Shown here one piece after another: positions 28,802 to 38,165 of a DNA stretch of 61,030 bases. This stretch comes from Vicinamibacteria bacterium (lineage in GTDB: Bacteria; Acidobacteriota; Vicinamibacteria; Fen-336): positions 1 to 61,030 of the forward strand of contig JBGPYB010000005.1 of the NCBI GenBank assembly GCA_041493035.1, given 5' to 3'. The number at the start of each line of letters is the position of its first letter. The stretch's first letter is position 1. The translations under genes were made by a program, and so were the position numbers. The notes beneath the pieces were generated by a model. The model was not told the DNA's origin, did no database searches, and was given only the letters and a program-made list of their open reading frames with translations.

Positions 28802-29160
28802 TGGTGGAGGCGGCGGGAGTCGAACCCGCGTCCGGAAGCGCGCCGGCGAGAGACTCTACAAGCTTAGTCCGACCTGCTGTTTCGCCCCCGCCGTGAAGGT
28901 CGAACGAAACCGGCGAAGACTAGTCCGATTGATCTCGCCTTCCGCCCCCGGACCGAGAGCTAGGGCCAGCCCACCTTTATGACGCTCTGTCCAACCCCCG
29001 TGGGCGGGGAGCCGGGAGAGCGGGTTACCTAACGGTTAGTTAGGCAGCCAGTGCCAAGTTATCGTTGGCAGGTATGTCTTTCCACCGGATTTACGAGCCG
29101 GTAGCACGCTCGGCCTGCATCTCTCGGGGTCGTCGTTCCCGTCGAAACCGTGACGCCCCC
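28802..29160 (-). ncRNA. ssrA: tmRNA; tag peptide ANDNLALAA* (29040-29069)
   Basis: 5' GGGGGCG...GGTTTCGAC and 3' GGTTCGACTCCCGCCGCCTCCACCA with a G3-U acceptor pair; tag frame GCC AAC GAT AAC TTG GCA CTG GCT GCC TAA. Confidence 0.97.
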
Positions 29161-29195
29161 CACGACATCTAGTTTAGCATGGCGCTACCGATCCA

Positions 29196-29852
29196 ATGCT
29201 GAACGAATGCGCCTCGTGCCAGGAACCGCTCACCGACGACGCCAAGGTCTGCCCGAAGTGTGGCGCTGTCAATGCCTTCTACGAGCGGAGAAAGCCCGCT
29301 CCCTTGGCGCTCACCCTGGCCGTCCTTGGTGGCCTCGCGCTCTTTCTCGTCGTGCCTCGTGCGATCGGACCCTACCTCCCCCCGGGCGCTGGACCCCTCC
29401 TGGAGAAGACGCTCCCCATTGCCATGGCTTCGGGTTTCGTGTTGCTTGGCACGCTCGTCCTGGTCTACGAGTTGATCGGGATCTCGAGAAGGCGCCGCGT
29501 GATCGCCTCCGGGAACCGGAGCATCGGAACCGTCACGCGAACGACCCTGCACCAGCACGCCTCGCAGCGCGAGAACGACGAGGGCGACGCCGACGTCTCG
29601 CCGGTCGTTCGGTTCACGACCGATTCCGGCGACTCGGTCGAGTTCAAGGCCGCGCCCAAGCCGGTCTTCCGGTGGGGCCCCAGCTATTGGTCCGAAGTGA
29701 ATCAGCAAGGGCAGCGAGTCGACGTCGCGTACGACGCCACCCATCCTTCGTCAGCCTTCGTGGTGGGCCGACCCGATCCTGGAGCGCGAACGAGGGTCAT
29801 GATGAGCGTCGGCCTCATCGTCGCCGGCGTTGTGTGGCTCTTCCGGCGCTGA
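29196..29852 (+). CDS. Zinc-ribbon + DUF3592-like membrane protein
   Basis: CASC/CPKCG ribbon, TM helices, PVVRFTT..G, GQRVDVAYD..HP. Confidence 0.75.
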   Translation: MLNECASCQEPLTDDAKVCPKCGAVNAFYERRKPAPLALTLAVLGGLALFLVVPRAIGPYLPPGAGPLLEKTLPIAMASGFVLLGTLVLVYELIGISRRRRVIASGNRSIGTVTRTTLHQHASQRENDEGDADVSPVVRFTTDSGDSVEFKAAPKPVFRWGPSYWSEVNQQGQRVDVAYDATHPSSAFVVGRPDPGARTRVMMSVGLIVAGVVWLFRR

Positions 29853-29983
29853 GTCGAGGCCTGTCCGGGGAATTGGACGTCGTCGGGTTCCTCAGCCACA
29901 ACTCATCCAGCGCTCATCAGATTGGTCGGGCCAAAGTCAGCCCGCGACCGTACATTCCGCCAGGGGCTTGGGAGGAGGGGTTG

Positions 29984-30460
29984 ATGGCGTCCATCTCTTT
30001 GACCGTCAATGGCGTCGCGCATCGGGTGGACGTGGCGCCGGAGGAACCGCTGGTCTGGGTCCTGCGAGAGCAGCTCGGCCTCACCGGGACCAAGCTCGGA
30101 TGCGGGCGCGGTATCTGCGGGGCGTGCACGGTGCACCTGGGGGGAACGCCGGTGCGCTCTTGCCAGGTTCCCGCGACCTCGGCCCAGGCGAGGCCCATCG
30201 TCACGATCGAAGGGCTCTCCACCCACGGGGACCATCCCTGCCAGCGCGCCTGGCTGGAGGAGGACGTGGCCCAGTGCGGGTACTGCCAGCCCGGGATGAT
30301 CATGAAGACGGCGGCCCTGCTCCAGGGGACGGCCTCCCCCGCTCTCGACGAGATCGAGGCGGCCCTCGCGGATCACGTCTGTCGCTGCGGGACCTACGAC
30401 CGCATCAGGCGAGCCGCCCACCGCGCGGCGGCCCTCAAAGCCGAGGAGCCCGCCAAGTGA
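29984..30460 (+). CDS. iorA: (2Fe-2S) small subunit, isoquinoline 1-oxidoreductase alpha family
   Basis: GTKLGCGRGICGACTV, QCGYCQPG, CRCGTY. Confidence 0.92.
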   Translation: MASISLTVNGVAHRVDVAPEEPLVWVLREQLGLTGTKLGCGRGICGACTVHLGGTPVRSCQVPATSAQARPIVTIEGLSTHGDHPCQRAWLEEDVAQCGYCQPGMIMKTAALLQGTASPALDEIEAALADHVCRCGTYDRIRRAAHRAAALKAEEPAK

Positions 30461-32637
30461 GCGCCGCTCCGAACACGACGCGCCGCGACTTCCTCAAGAT
30501 CGGCTCGGTCACCGGCGCCGCTCTCGTCCTGGGCGTGGGCTGGACCGAAGGGGCCGAGGCCGGCACCGCGCCTTCCGCCTCGTTCCGGCCCAGCCTCTGG
30601 CTGGCCATCGCATCGGACGGCGCCGTGACGATCACCGTCCATCGTTCCGAGATGGGCCAGGGTGTGCGGACCGCGCTTCCGATGATCCTGGCCGAGGAGC
30701 TGGACGTCGACTTCGCGGGGATACACATCGCGCAGGCCTCTCCGGGCCACGGCATCGAAGACATGGGAACGGGGGGCAGCGACAGCGTCGCAAGCGCGTG
30801 GCGTCCCTTGAGGCGCGCCGGGGCCGCCGCCCGCGAGATGCTCGCGACCGCCGCGGCGACGACCTGGGGCGTCGACCGCGCCGCATGCCTCACCGAGCAG
30901 GGCTTCGTCGTCCATCGCCCGACGGGACGACGGCTCGCCTACGGCGCACTCGTGGCGACGGCGGCCACGCTGCCCGTGCCTCAAGACCCACCCCTCAAGT
31001 CCTCGAGGGATTTCCGGCTCGTGGGCCAGCGCGTCCGGCGCCACGACGGTCCCGCGATCGTGACGGGCAGTGCCACGTACGGCCTCGACCTGCGCGTCCC
31101 CGGCATGCTCCGTGCCGTGATCGCTCGCTGCCCGGTGATCGGCGGCTCCCCCGCTCGCTGGGACGCGGCGGCGGCCAAGCGCGTAGCCGGCGTTCGGGAC
31201 GTCGCGCCGATCTCCACAGGCCTGGCGGTCGTGGCCGACAGCACATGGGCCGCTCTCCGCGGTCGCGACGCCCTCGCCGTCACGTGGGACGAGGGACCGA
31301 ACGCCGCCTTCAGCTCGGCCTCGTTCCGGAAGCAGCTCGAGGACGCCGTCGCCCGACCGGGTGTCGTTACGCGACGCGACGGGGACGCGACGGCCGCGCT
31401 CGAGGGCGCGGCAAAACGCCTGGAGGCCGTCTACGCCTATCCCTTCGAGGCCCACGCCGGCCTCGAGCCGCTGAGCTTCTTCGCCCATGTTCACGACGGC
31501 CGCTGCGAGCTGCGCGGCGGGACCCAGCACCCCGAGCGGGTTCAGCGCGAGGTCGCGAAGGCCCTGGGCTTCGCGCTCGACCGCGTGGAGGTCGAGGTCA
31601 CGCTCATTGGGGGCGGCTTCGGTCGCCGGCTTGCGGCCGACTACGCCGTCGAGGCCGCTGAGATCTCGCGGGCCGTAGCGGCGCCCGTGCAAGTCATGTG
31701 GACCCACGCCGACGACCTGCATCGCGGTCACTTCGAATGCGCTTCTCTGCACCGGATGGAGGCCGGCCTCGACGACGCCGGACGGCCGGCCGCGTGGCTC
31801 CACCGCAAGGCCAGCGCCTTCCACAACCTCACGCCGCCGACGGCGGAGGAGCTGGCGGATCCAGAGTCCTACAGCGGCTCGGCCTGGGGCCAGTACGACG
31901 TTCCCTACGCCTTCCCGAACATCCTCACCGACTATTCCCGCGTCGACATACCGGTGAAGATCGGTCCCTGGCGGTCGGTCTTCTCTCCGCCGTGCACCTT
32001 CGCCCGCGAGTGTTTCGTGGACGAGATCGCCGCAGCGACGGGGCGCGATCCCCTGGAGCTGCGGCTGGCCCTCCTGGAGCCCGCGTCCTTCACCGTCGCC
32101 GGCCAGACTGTCGACCGGCAGCGATTCCAGCGCGTGCTGAGGCTCGCTTGCGAGAAGGCCGGCTGGGGGAAGCCCCTCGCCCCGGTGGCGGGCCGGCGCG
32201 TCGGCCGCGGTCTCGCAGGGAACGTCTACGACTTCTACACCCACCTCGCTTACGTGGCCGAGGTGTCGATCGGCGCGCAGGGAGACGTCCGCGTCCACCG
32301 CGTCGTCTGCGCCGTGGACTGCGGCCAGGCGGTGAACCCGCTCGGAATCGAGGGGCAGATCGAGAGCGGGATCCTCTGGGGGCTCTCGGCCGCCCTCAAG
32401 GGGGAGATCACGTTCGAGGCAGGGCGCGTCGAGCAGTCCGGGTACGACGACTACCCCGTAATGAGCATCCGCGACGCGCCCGCGGTCGAGGTCCACATCG
32501 TCCCGAGCGACGGCCGGCCCGGTGGAATGGGCGAGCCGCCCGTTCCACCGATCGCGCCGGCCGTCCTGAACGCGGTCTTCGCGGCGACGGGCCGGCGGGT
32601 CCGGCGGCTGCCGCTCCGGGCGACCGACCTGGCGTGA
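30457..32637 (+). CDS. iorB: Molybdopterin large subunit, isoquinoline 1-oxidoreductase beta family (Tat)
   Basis: TRRDFLK, SEMGQG, TGGS, GGGFGRR, GGMGEP, RVRRLPL. Confidence 0.92.
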   Translation: MSAAPNTTRRDFLKIGSVTGAALVLGVGWTEGAEAGTAPSASFRPSLWLAIASDGAVTITVHRSEMGQGVRTALPMILAEELDVDFAGIHIAQASPGHGIEDMGTGGSDSVASAWRPLRRAGAAAREMLATAAATTWGVDRAACLTEQGFVVHRPTGRRLAYGALVATAATLPVPQDPPLKSSRDFRLVGQRVRRHDGPAIVTGSATYGLDLRVPGMLRAVIARCPVIGGSPARWDAAAAKRVAGVRDVAPISTGLAVVADSTWAALRGRDALAVTWDEGPNAAFSSASFRKQLEDAVARPGVVTRRDGDATAALEGAAKRLEAVYAYPFEAHAGLEPLSFFAHVHDGRCELRGGTQHPERVQREVAKALGFALDRVEVEVTLIGGGFGRRLAADYAVEAAEISRAVAAPVQVMWTHADDLHRGHFECASLHRMEAGLDDAGRPAAWLHRKASAFHNLTPPTAEELADPESYSGSAWGQYDVPYAFPNILTDYSRVDIPVKIGPWRSVFSPPCTFARECFVDEIAAATGRDPLELRLALLEPASFTVAGQTVDRQRFQRVLRLACEKAGWGKPLAPVAGRRVGRGLAGNVYDFYTHLAYVAEVSIGAQGDVRVHRVVCAVDCGQAVNPLGIEGQIESGILWGLSAALKGEITFEAGRVEQSGYDDYPVMSIRDAPAVEVHIVPSDGRPGGMGEPPVPPIAPAVLNAVFAATGRRVRRLPLRATDLA

Positions 32638-32641
32638 GGCG

Positions 32642-33532
32642 CTACGGCTTCGGCACCGGGAGGCCCATCTCCTTGAGGTACCGCTCGCCACCGGGGGCGT
32701 TGAGCTTCCAGTACGCGAGCCGCGTGGACCTGAGCAGGACGCCTTCCTCTCCCATGTCCACCGACCAACGCACCAGCCGGTAGGGAGAGGCGCTTTCGAA
32801 CTGGTACGTCGCCGTCGCGCCCCCCTCGACCGCGACCGTCCACGTCTCGACCTTGAAGGTACCGGCCGGCACCGGCACCGTCGCGGGCTCGCTCGAACGA
32901 ACGATCTTGGCGCGCCCCCAGGCCAGCGTCTTGTGGTTGAGCCGCGCGCCGAGAAGGCTCGGCAGGAACGGCACCGTACGCGTCTCCCCTGACTTCAGGT
33001 ACGCCATCCCCCACCCGCGCAGCACTATGGGCAGGGCGTCTTCGAAGACGCCGTCCTTCGGCAGTTCCAGGTCGTCCTTCCCATCGCCTTCCCCGTCGAA
33101 GTAGCTGTGGAAGGTGCCGGCAATGCGGCCGGCGCGGGGCAGGAGCTGGTGGTAGACGTGTCCGCACCACTCCTGGCTCGAGAAGCTGATCTTGGCCACG
33201 GGCCAGCCCAGCGACACTCGGGCGAAGGTCGAAGTCATCACGTTGTAGTCGTAGATCCCCGTCTGGAAGTCGCGAATCGCGTTGAGCTTGAGGACCGGGT
33301 AGACGTCGGAAGCCGGATGCTTGCCCGGGTCGGCCTTGACCCGGAGCGAGTCGCTCATGTCCTCGGTCACGAAGACGAGGACAGCCGTTCCGGAGCGCTT
33401 CTCGCCGTAGCGGGGCTGGGTGAGCCGGTAGCCGTTCAACTCGGCTTGGCCGTCTCCCCAATGCGCCCAGAACTCGTCGGCTCCAGCCGGCAGGGAAACG
33501 AGACACACGGCGAGCGGCACCCAGAGTCTCAA
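32642..33532 (-). CDS. Secreted conserved hypothetical protein
   Basis: Signal peptide; WGDGQAE..Y...[34 protein letters not shown]. Confidence 0.8.
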   Translation of the reverse strand: MRLWVPLAVCLVSLPAGADEFWAHWGDGQAELNGYRLTQPRYGEKRSGTAVLVFVTEDMSDSLRVKADPGKHPASDVYPVLKLNAIRDFQTGIYDYNVMTSTFARVSLGWPVAKISFSSQEWCGHVYHQLLPRAGRIAGTFHSYFDGEGDGKDDLELPKDGVFEDALPIVLRGWGMAYLKSGETRTVPFLPSLLGARLNHKTLAWGRAKIVRSSEPATVPVPAGTFKVETWTVAVEGGATATYQFESASPYRLVRWSVDMGEEGVLLRSTRLAYWKLNAPGGERYLKEMGLPVPKP

Positions 33533-33619
33533 GCATCAATGATGTTAGTCCCTTGAGATGAGCGTGTCTCGTCGCGGCGCTGCTGTTTCGGGAGGTATAT
33601 ACTCCCCGCGTCCCTGGTC

Positions 33620-34186
33620 ATGTGGCTCGTCTACTCGATCGCCGTGATCCTGGGAGGCGGCTCTCTCTTCATCCAGGTCGTCTCGGGCCACCATGACGTC
33701 GGCGGCCACCAGGTGGAGATGGACGACCACGATGCCTCTCACGGGCCAGGCATCCTCTCCCTGCGGTCGCTGACCTTCGGCATCGCGGCCTTCGGCCTGG
33801 TCGGCGCGCCGCTCCACACCCTGGGCGTGCTCGGCCCCGCCCCGGCATTGGCCGTAGCCATCGCAAGCGGTGGCGCCGCCTCCCTCATTTCCGGGTGGGC
33901 CTTGCGGAGCGTCTGGCGATCGAGCGTCTCGGGCGCGGCCGCCTTCGACGAGCTGCACGGGCAGCCCGCGCGGGTCCTCGTCTCCTGCGGCCCGACGGAG
34001 CGGGGCAAGGTCCGGGTCTCGCTCAAGGGGCAGCTCGTGGACGTCATGGCCACGACCCGTGGCGGCGAGATCGAAGAGGGCGCCCCTGTGACCATCGTCG
34101 AGGTCCAAGGCGACGAGGTGCGGATCGAACGTGACAAGCTGCGGCGGGACTCCATCGACGACGATATCCTGGGAGGTGATTCATGA
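33620..34186 (+). CDS. NfeD-like membrane protein with C-terminal OB fold
   Basis: TM segments, FGLVG, then G.V.V...G and EIEEGAPVTIVEV; first gene of the flotillin operon. Confidence 0.82.
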   Translation: MWLVYSIAVILGGGSLFIQVVSGHHDVGGHQVEMDDHDASHGPGILSLRSLTFGIAAFGLVGAPLHTLGVLGPAPALAVAIASGGAASLISGWALRSVWRSSVSGAAAFDELHGQPARVLVSCGPTERGKVRVSLKGQLVDVMATTRGGEIEEGAPVTIVEVQGDEVRIERDKLRRDSIDDDILGGDS

Positions 34187-35481
34187 CCCAAGGCTTGGAG
34201 ATCGGCGGCGTGCCGGTCGGGACGGCGCTCGTCATCCTCGGAGCCGCGTTCGGGCTGCTGATCGGCGGCACCATCTGTGTCAGCGTGCTGCGCTCGTTCC
34301 TCAAGATCTGCCGGCCCAACGAGATTCTCATCTTCTCGGGGCGCAAGCACACGCTGCCCGACGGCGCCACGGTGGGATACAAGGTCCTCCGGCGCGGCTG
34401 GGGCTTCAAGACTCCGGTCCTCGAGACCGTCTCGACCATGGACATGCGCCTCTTCATGGTCGAGGTCACGGTGGCCAACGCCTACTCGAAGGGTGGAATC
34501 CCCTTGACGGTCCATGCCATCGCCAACGTCAAGATCTCGAGTAACCCGGCCCACGTCCGTAACGCCGTCGAGCGATTCTTGAGCATGACCCCGGGACAGA
34601 TCGCCGTCGTGGCCCGCCAGACCTTGGAAGGCGTCGTCCGCGAGGTCCTGGCCCAACTGACGCCCGAGGAGGTCAACGAAGACCGCCTCAAGTTCTCCGA
34701 ACATCTTCGAGACAACGCCAAGGACGACTTCGACAAGCTCGGCCTCGAGCTGGACGTCCTGAAGATCCAGCACGTCGCTGACGACCAGCAGTACCTCCAG
34801 AACCTGGGCCGGGCCCGCATCGCCATGATGATCCGCGACGCCCAGAACGCCGAGAACGAGGCCAACCAGAAGATCGCCGAGGAGCAGGCCGGGGCGCGCC
34901 AGCGCGCCGAGTCGGCGCAGAAGAAGGCCGAGGCCACGGTGCTCCAGAAGAAGAACGTCCTGCGGGCGGAGATGGCACGGATGGAGGCCCAGGCCAAGTC
35001 CATCGAGAACGAGGCTGCGGTGGCCGCGGAGACCGCGCGAGCCATCGCCGAGCAGGAGCTACAGCGGCTCCGGGCCGAGCTCGAGGGGCTGCGCCTCCAA
35101 TGCGACGTGGTGCTGCCTGCCGAAGCGGCGCGACTGGCGGCCGAGGCCCGTGCCCGGGGCGCCGCCGCCTCGGTCATCGAGCAGGGGAAGGCCGCAGCCG
35201 CGGCGCTCGCGGCCGTGGCGGCCGAGTGGCGGGCCGCAGGGACCGCGGGCCGCGAGGTCTACCTGCTCCAGCAGCTTCGGGCCTTCGTTGAGGCCGCCGT
35301 GGCCCGCGTGGCCCAGACCAAGATCGGCGAGCTGACGATCGTCGACGGCGGCGACGGGGCGAGCTACTCCGCCTTCGTCGCCAACTTCCCGTCGGCCGTG
35401 GCCCGGGTGATGGAGGAGACGGCGCGGGCAGTCGGCGTCGACATCAACCTGCTTCTCGGCCGCAAGGAGGGCTCGCGATGA
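34183..35481 (+). CDS. Flotillin / SPFH-domain protein 1
   Basis: PNEILIFSGR, AYSKGGIPL, LTPEEVNEDR, A/E-rich coiled coil. Confidence 0.92.
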   Translation: MTQGLEIGGVPVGTALVILGAAFGLLIGGTICVSVLRSFLKICRPNEILIFSGRKHTLPDGATVGYKVLRRGWGFKTPVLETVSTMDMRLFMVEVTVANAYSKGGIPLTVHAIANVKISSNPAHVRNAVERFLSMTPGQIAVVARQTLEGVVREVLAQLTPEEVNEDRLKFSEHLRDNAKDDFDKLGLELDVLKIQHVADDQQYLQNLGRARIAMMIRDAQNAENEANQKIAEEQAGARQRAESAQKKAEATVLQKKNVLRAEMARMEAQAKSIENEAAVAAETARAIAEQELQRLRAELEGLRLQCDVVLPAEAARLAAEARARGAAASVIEQGKAAAAALAAVAAEWRAAGTAGREVYLLQQLRAFVEAAVARVAQTKIGELTIVDGGDGASYSAFVANFPSAVARVMEETARAVGVDINLLLGRKEGSR

Positions 35482-36776
35482 TGTCCCTCGCCGGTACCGT
35501 CATCATCGTCGGCACCGTCGCGATCGTCCTCGGCACGACCCTGTCCCTCGTCCTGCGGCGCCTCCTCTACGTCAGCGCACCGAACGAGGCGCTCATCTTC
35601 TCCGGCCGTATCCACGGCGTGGCCCGGCGCGAGGTGGGCTACCGGGTCGTGCGTGGCGGACGGGCCCTGCGCATCCCCCTTCTCGAGGTGGTCGACAGCG
35701 TCGACCTCACCAACATCGCCATCGACATCGAGGTGAAGGGCGCGTACTCCAAGGGCGGGATCCCGCTGAACGTCCACGGCGTCGCCAACGTCAAGCTCCC
35801 GGGCGAAGAGCCGCTTCTCATGAACGCCATCGAGCGTTTCCTGGGCCGCTCGCGCCAGGAGATCATGAAGGTGACCAAGGAAACACTCGAGGGCAACCTC
35901 CGCGGCGTGCTCGCCCAGCTCACACCCGAGGAGGTCAACCAGGACAAGGCCCGCTTCGCCCATATCCTCCTCGATGAGGCGGAGCATGACCTGAATCGCA
36001 TGGGTCTCGTCCTCGACACCCTGAAGATCCAGAACATCACCGACGACGTGGGCTATCTCAACTCCATCGGGCGGATCCAGGGGGCGCGCGTCCGGATGGA
36101 GGCCGCCGTGGCCGAGGCCAAGACCAAGGCCGACGCGGCGGCGCAGCAGGCGCTCAACTGGTGCGCCTCGGAGATCGCCAAGGTCGACGCCGACCTGGCG
36201 ATCGCGCAACAAGAGACCCAGAAGCGCGTCGTCGACGCCCAGACCCGCCGCGCGGCTATGATCGCCGAGTCCGAGGGCCAGGTCGCCGCCGAGATGGCCC
36301 AGGTCAAGGCCGAGATCGAGCGTCAGAAGGCCCGGGCCCTCCAGGTAAAGCGCAAGCTCGAGGCCGACGTCATCCAGGTGGCCGAGGCCGACCGCAAGGC
36401 CAGCGAGGAACAGGCCCGCGGCCAAGCCGCGACCGTCGTCGAGCGCGGCAAGGCCGAGGCCCAGGCTTTGAAGCTCGTCGTCGAGGCGTTCAAGGCCAGT
36501 GGCGACGCGGCTCGCGAGGTACTGGCCTTGCAGCAGGTGATCCCGCTGCTGGCCGAGGTCTCGGGCGCCCGGCGCAGCCTCGTGGTCCAGCGAGTCTCGG
36601 TCCTGCCCGAAGGCGGCACGACCGACGGCGGCAGCCTCGCCCGCTCGGCGATCGCGACCGCCGAGCAGATCAAGGCCGCGACGGGCCTCGATCTTCCGAG
36701 GCTCGCCCAGAGCCTCCAGCGTCCGGCGCCACAGGCGCCCCGGCAGCAGCCTCCAGAGAAGAAGCCGGTGGGATAG
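35478..36776 (+). CDS. Flotillin / SPFH-domain protein 2
   Basis: PNEALIFSGR, AYSKGGIPL, LTPEEVNQDK, LKIQNITD. Confidence 0.92.
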   Translation: MMSLAGTVIIVGTVAIVLGTTLSLVLRRLLYVSAPNEALIFSGRIHGVARREVGYRVVRGGRALRIPLLEVVDSVDLTNIAIDIEVKGAYSKGGIPLNVHGVANVKLPGEEPLLMNAIERFLGRSRQEIMKVTKETLEGNLRGVLAQLTPEEVNQDKARFAHILLDEAEHDLNRMGLVLDTLKIQNITDDVGYLNSIGRIQGARVRMEAAVAEAKTKADAAAQQALNWCASEIAKVDADLAIAQQETQKRVVDAQTRRAAMIAESEGQVAAEMAQVKAEIERQKARALQVKRKLEADVIQVAEADRKASEEQARGQAATVVERGKAEAQALKLVVEAFKASGDAAREVLALQQVIPLLAEVSGARRSLVVQRVSVLPEGGTTDGGSLARSAIATAEQIKAATGLDLPRLAQSLQRPAPQAPRQQPPEKKPVG

Positions 36777-36824
36777 ACGGGTCCTCGTCGCACCCGGCGG
36801 CAGTTCCGCGGTGAGGCCCCCGCG

Positions 36825-36854
36825 TTGACACCGACCGCGCCCATGGCCGATAAT
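36825..36854 (+). promoter_or_regulatory. Sigma70-type promoter
   Basis: TTGACA-18 bp-GATAAT in the intergenic region upstream of 36914. Confidence 0.65.
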
Positions 36855-36913
36855 CTCGCCAGACGCTAAGTTGAGCTACAGCCGGGATTTTCGGTGACCG
36901 TGCCGAGGTGCAG

Positions 36914-38152
36914 ATGAGTCTAGAAGACGATCTCAAGGCGAAGACGCTCGCCCTGATCAACCAGCAGATGGCCAGCTGGGTGGTGGCGATTCAGCGGCAG
37001 ATCGCCGAGCACCAGGGAAACCTCGTCCGCACCCTCGACGACCTGTCGGAATCCGTCGCTCGCTACGACGAGAAGATCAACGAGCCCGCAATCGCTTCGG
37101 CCATGGCCGAGGTCGTCAGCTCGCAGCCTGCCGCCGGGCCCGCGGGTCCCGGTTACGAGCGTCTCCGGAAGTCGCTGGCGGAGGTCGAGAAGGGAACGAG
37201 CCTTTCGGAGGTCCTGACGTATCTGGTGAACGAGGTCGCTCAGTACGTCGACCGGGTGGCGATGTTCATCATCAAGGGATCGAGCGCCATCGGCTGGTAC
37301 TCACGAAACATCGACCCTTCGGACGCCGTCAAGCAGATCAACGTGCCGATGACCGCCGACACGATCTTTCGGATCGTCCAGAACTCCCGCCACGCCTTGC
37401 GCGGTCACGTCAGCCATTCCCCGGGCACCGCCCAGCACCTGGCGCGCCTCGGAGGAAGGCCCCAGGGGATCCTGGCCGTCCCGCTCATCCTCCGCGACAA
37501 GGTGGCCGCGGTTCTCTACTGCGACACCAAGCAAGAGGAGATCCCCGAGGGAATCGGCCATCTGGTCGACATTCTCGTCTTGTTCGCCGGCAAGAACATC
37601 GACCTGCTCTCGTTCGTTCCCAAGGCCGCGCCCGCCACACGCACCAGCGTGGGCACTACACCCGAGCGGGCGGCGGCGATACGGGCCGGCGGTGAAGAGG
37701 TCCGCGAGCGGGCGCAGGTTCCGAGCGCCTCGATGCCGGCCCGCCCGCAGCCGACTCCCGCCCCCGCCGAGGAGGAAGAAGGCTCCTCGACGGTCATGTT
37801 CAAGGCCGGAGCCTTTGCAACCGCGAAGCCTGCGGCGGCCCAGCCTGCGCCGGGACCCGCGCGGCCCGCGGCCACGGCAGCGATCGCTCCTGAGGACCAG
37901 AAGGCCCACGAGGACGCGAAGCGCTTCGCGCGGTTGGTGGTGAGCGAGATCAAGCTCTACAACGAAGCGAAGGTCAACGAGGGACGCCGCCGCAAGGATA
38001 TCTACGAGCGGCTCAAGGAGGACGTGGAGCGGGGCCGGCAGATGTATTCCGACCGCGTCCCCGTCAACATCCGGGATACCACGACCTACTTCCACGACGA
38101 GCTCGTGCGGATACTGGCCGGGGGCGACGCCAGCGCCCTGGGCCCGACGTAG
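36914..38152 (+). CDS. GAF-domain protein with Pro/Ala linker and C-terminal RomX-like helical domain
   Basis: GAF motif AVPLILRDKVAAVLYCD; C-terminal EDAKRFARLVVSEIKLYN...EDVERGRQMY..RV. Confidence 0.8.
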   Translation: MSLEDDLKAKTLALINQQMASWVVAIQRQIAEHQGNLVRTLDDLSESVARYDEKINEPAIASAMAEVVSSQPAAGPAGPGYERLRKSLAEVEKGTSLSEVLTYLVNEVAQYVDRVAMFIIKGSSAIGWYSRNIDPSDAVKQINVPMTADTIFRIVQNSRHALRGHVSHSPGTAQHLARLGGRPQGILAVPLILRDKVAAVLYCDTKQEEIPEGIGHLVDILVLFAGKNIDLLSFVPKAAPATRTSVGTTPERAAAIRAGGEEVRERAQVPSASMPARPQPTPAPAEEEEGSSTVMFKAGAFATAKPAAAQPAPGPARPAATAAIAPEDQKAHEDAKRFARLVVSEIKLYNEAKVNEGRRRKDIYERLKEDVERGRQMYSDRVPVNIRDTTTYFHDELVRILAGGDASALGPT

Positions 38153-38165
38153 CGTCTCTCCCCTC

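Noticed and set aside
30394-32691. 765-aa minus-strand ORF and similar long overlapping ORFs (e.g. 9225-10994, 11317-12783, 23854-25446)
   Set aside because: Shadow frames caused by stop-codon scarcity in high-GC DNA; Arg/Pro/Gly-rich or antisense-like and overlapping clearly identified genes
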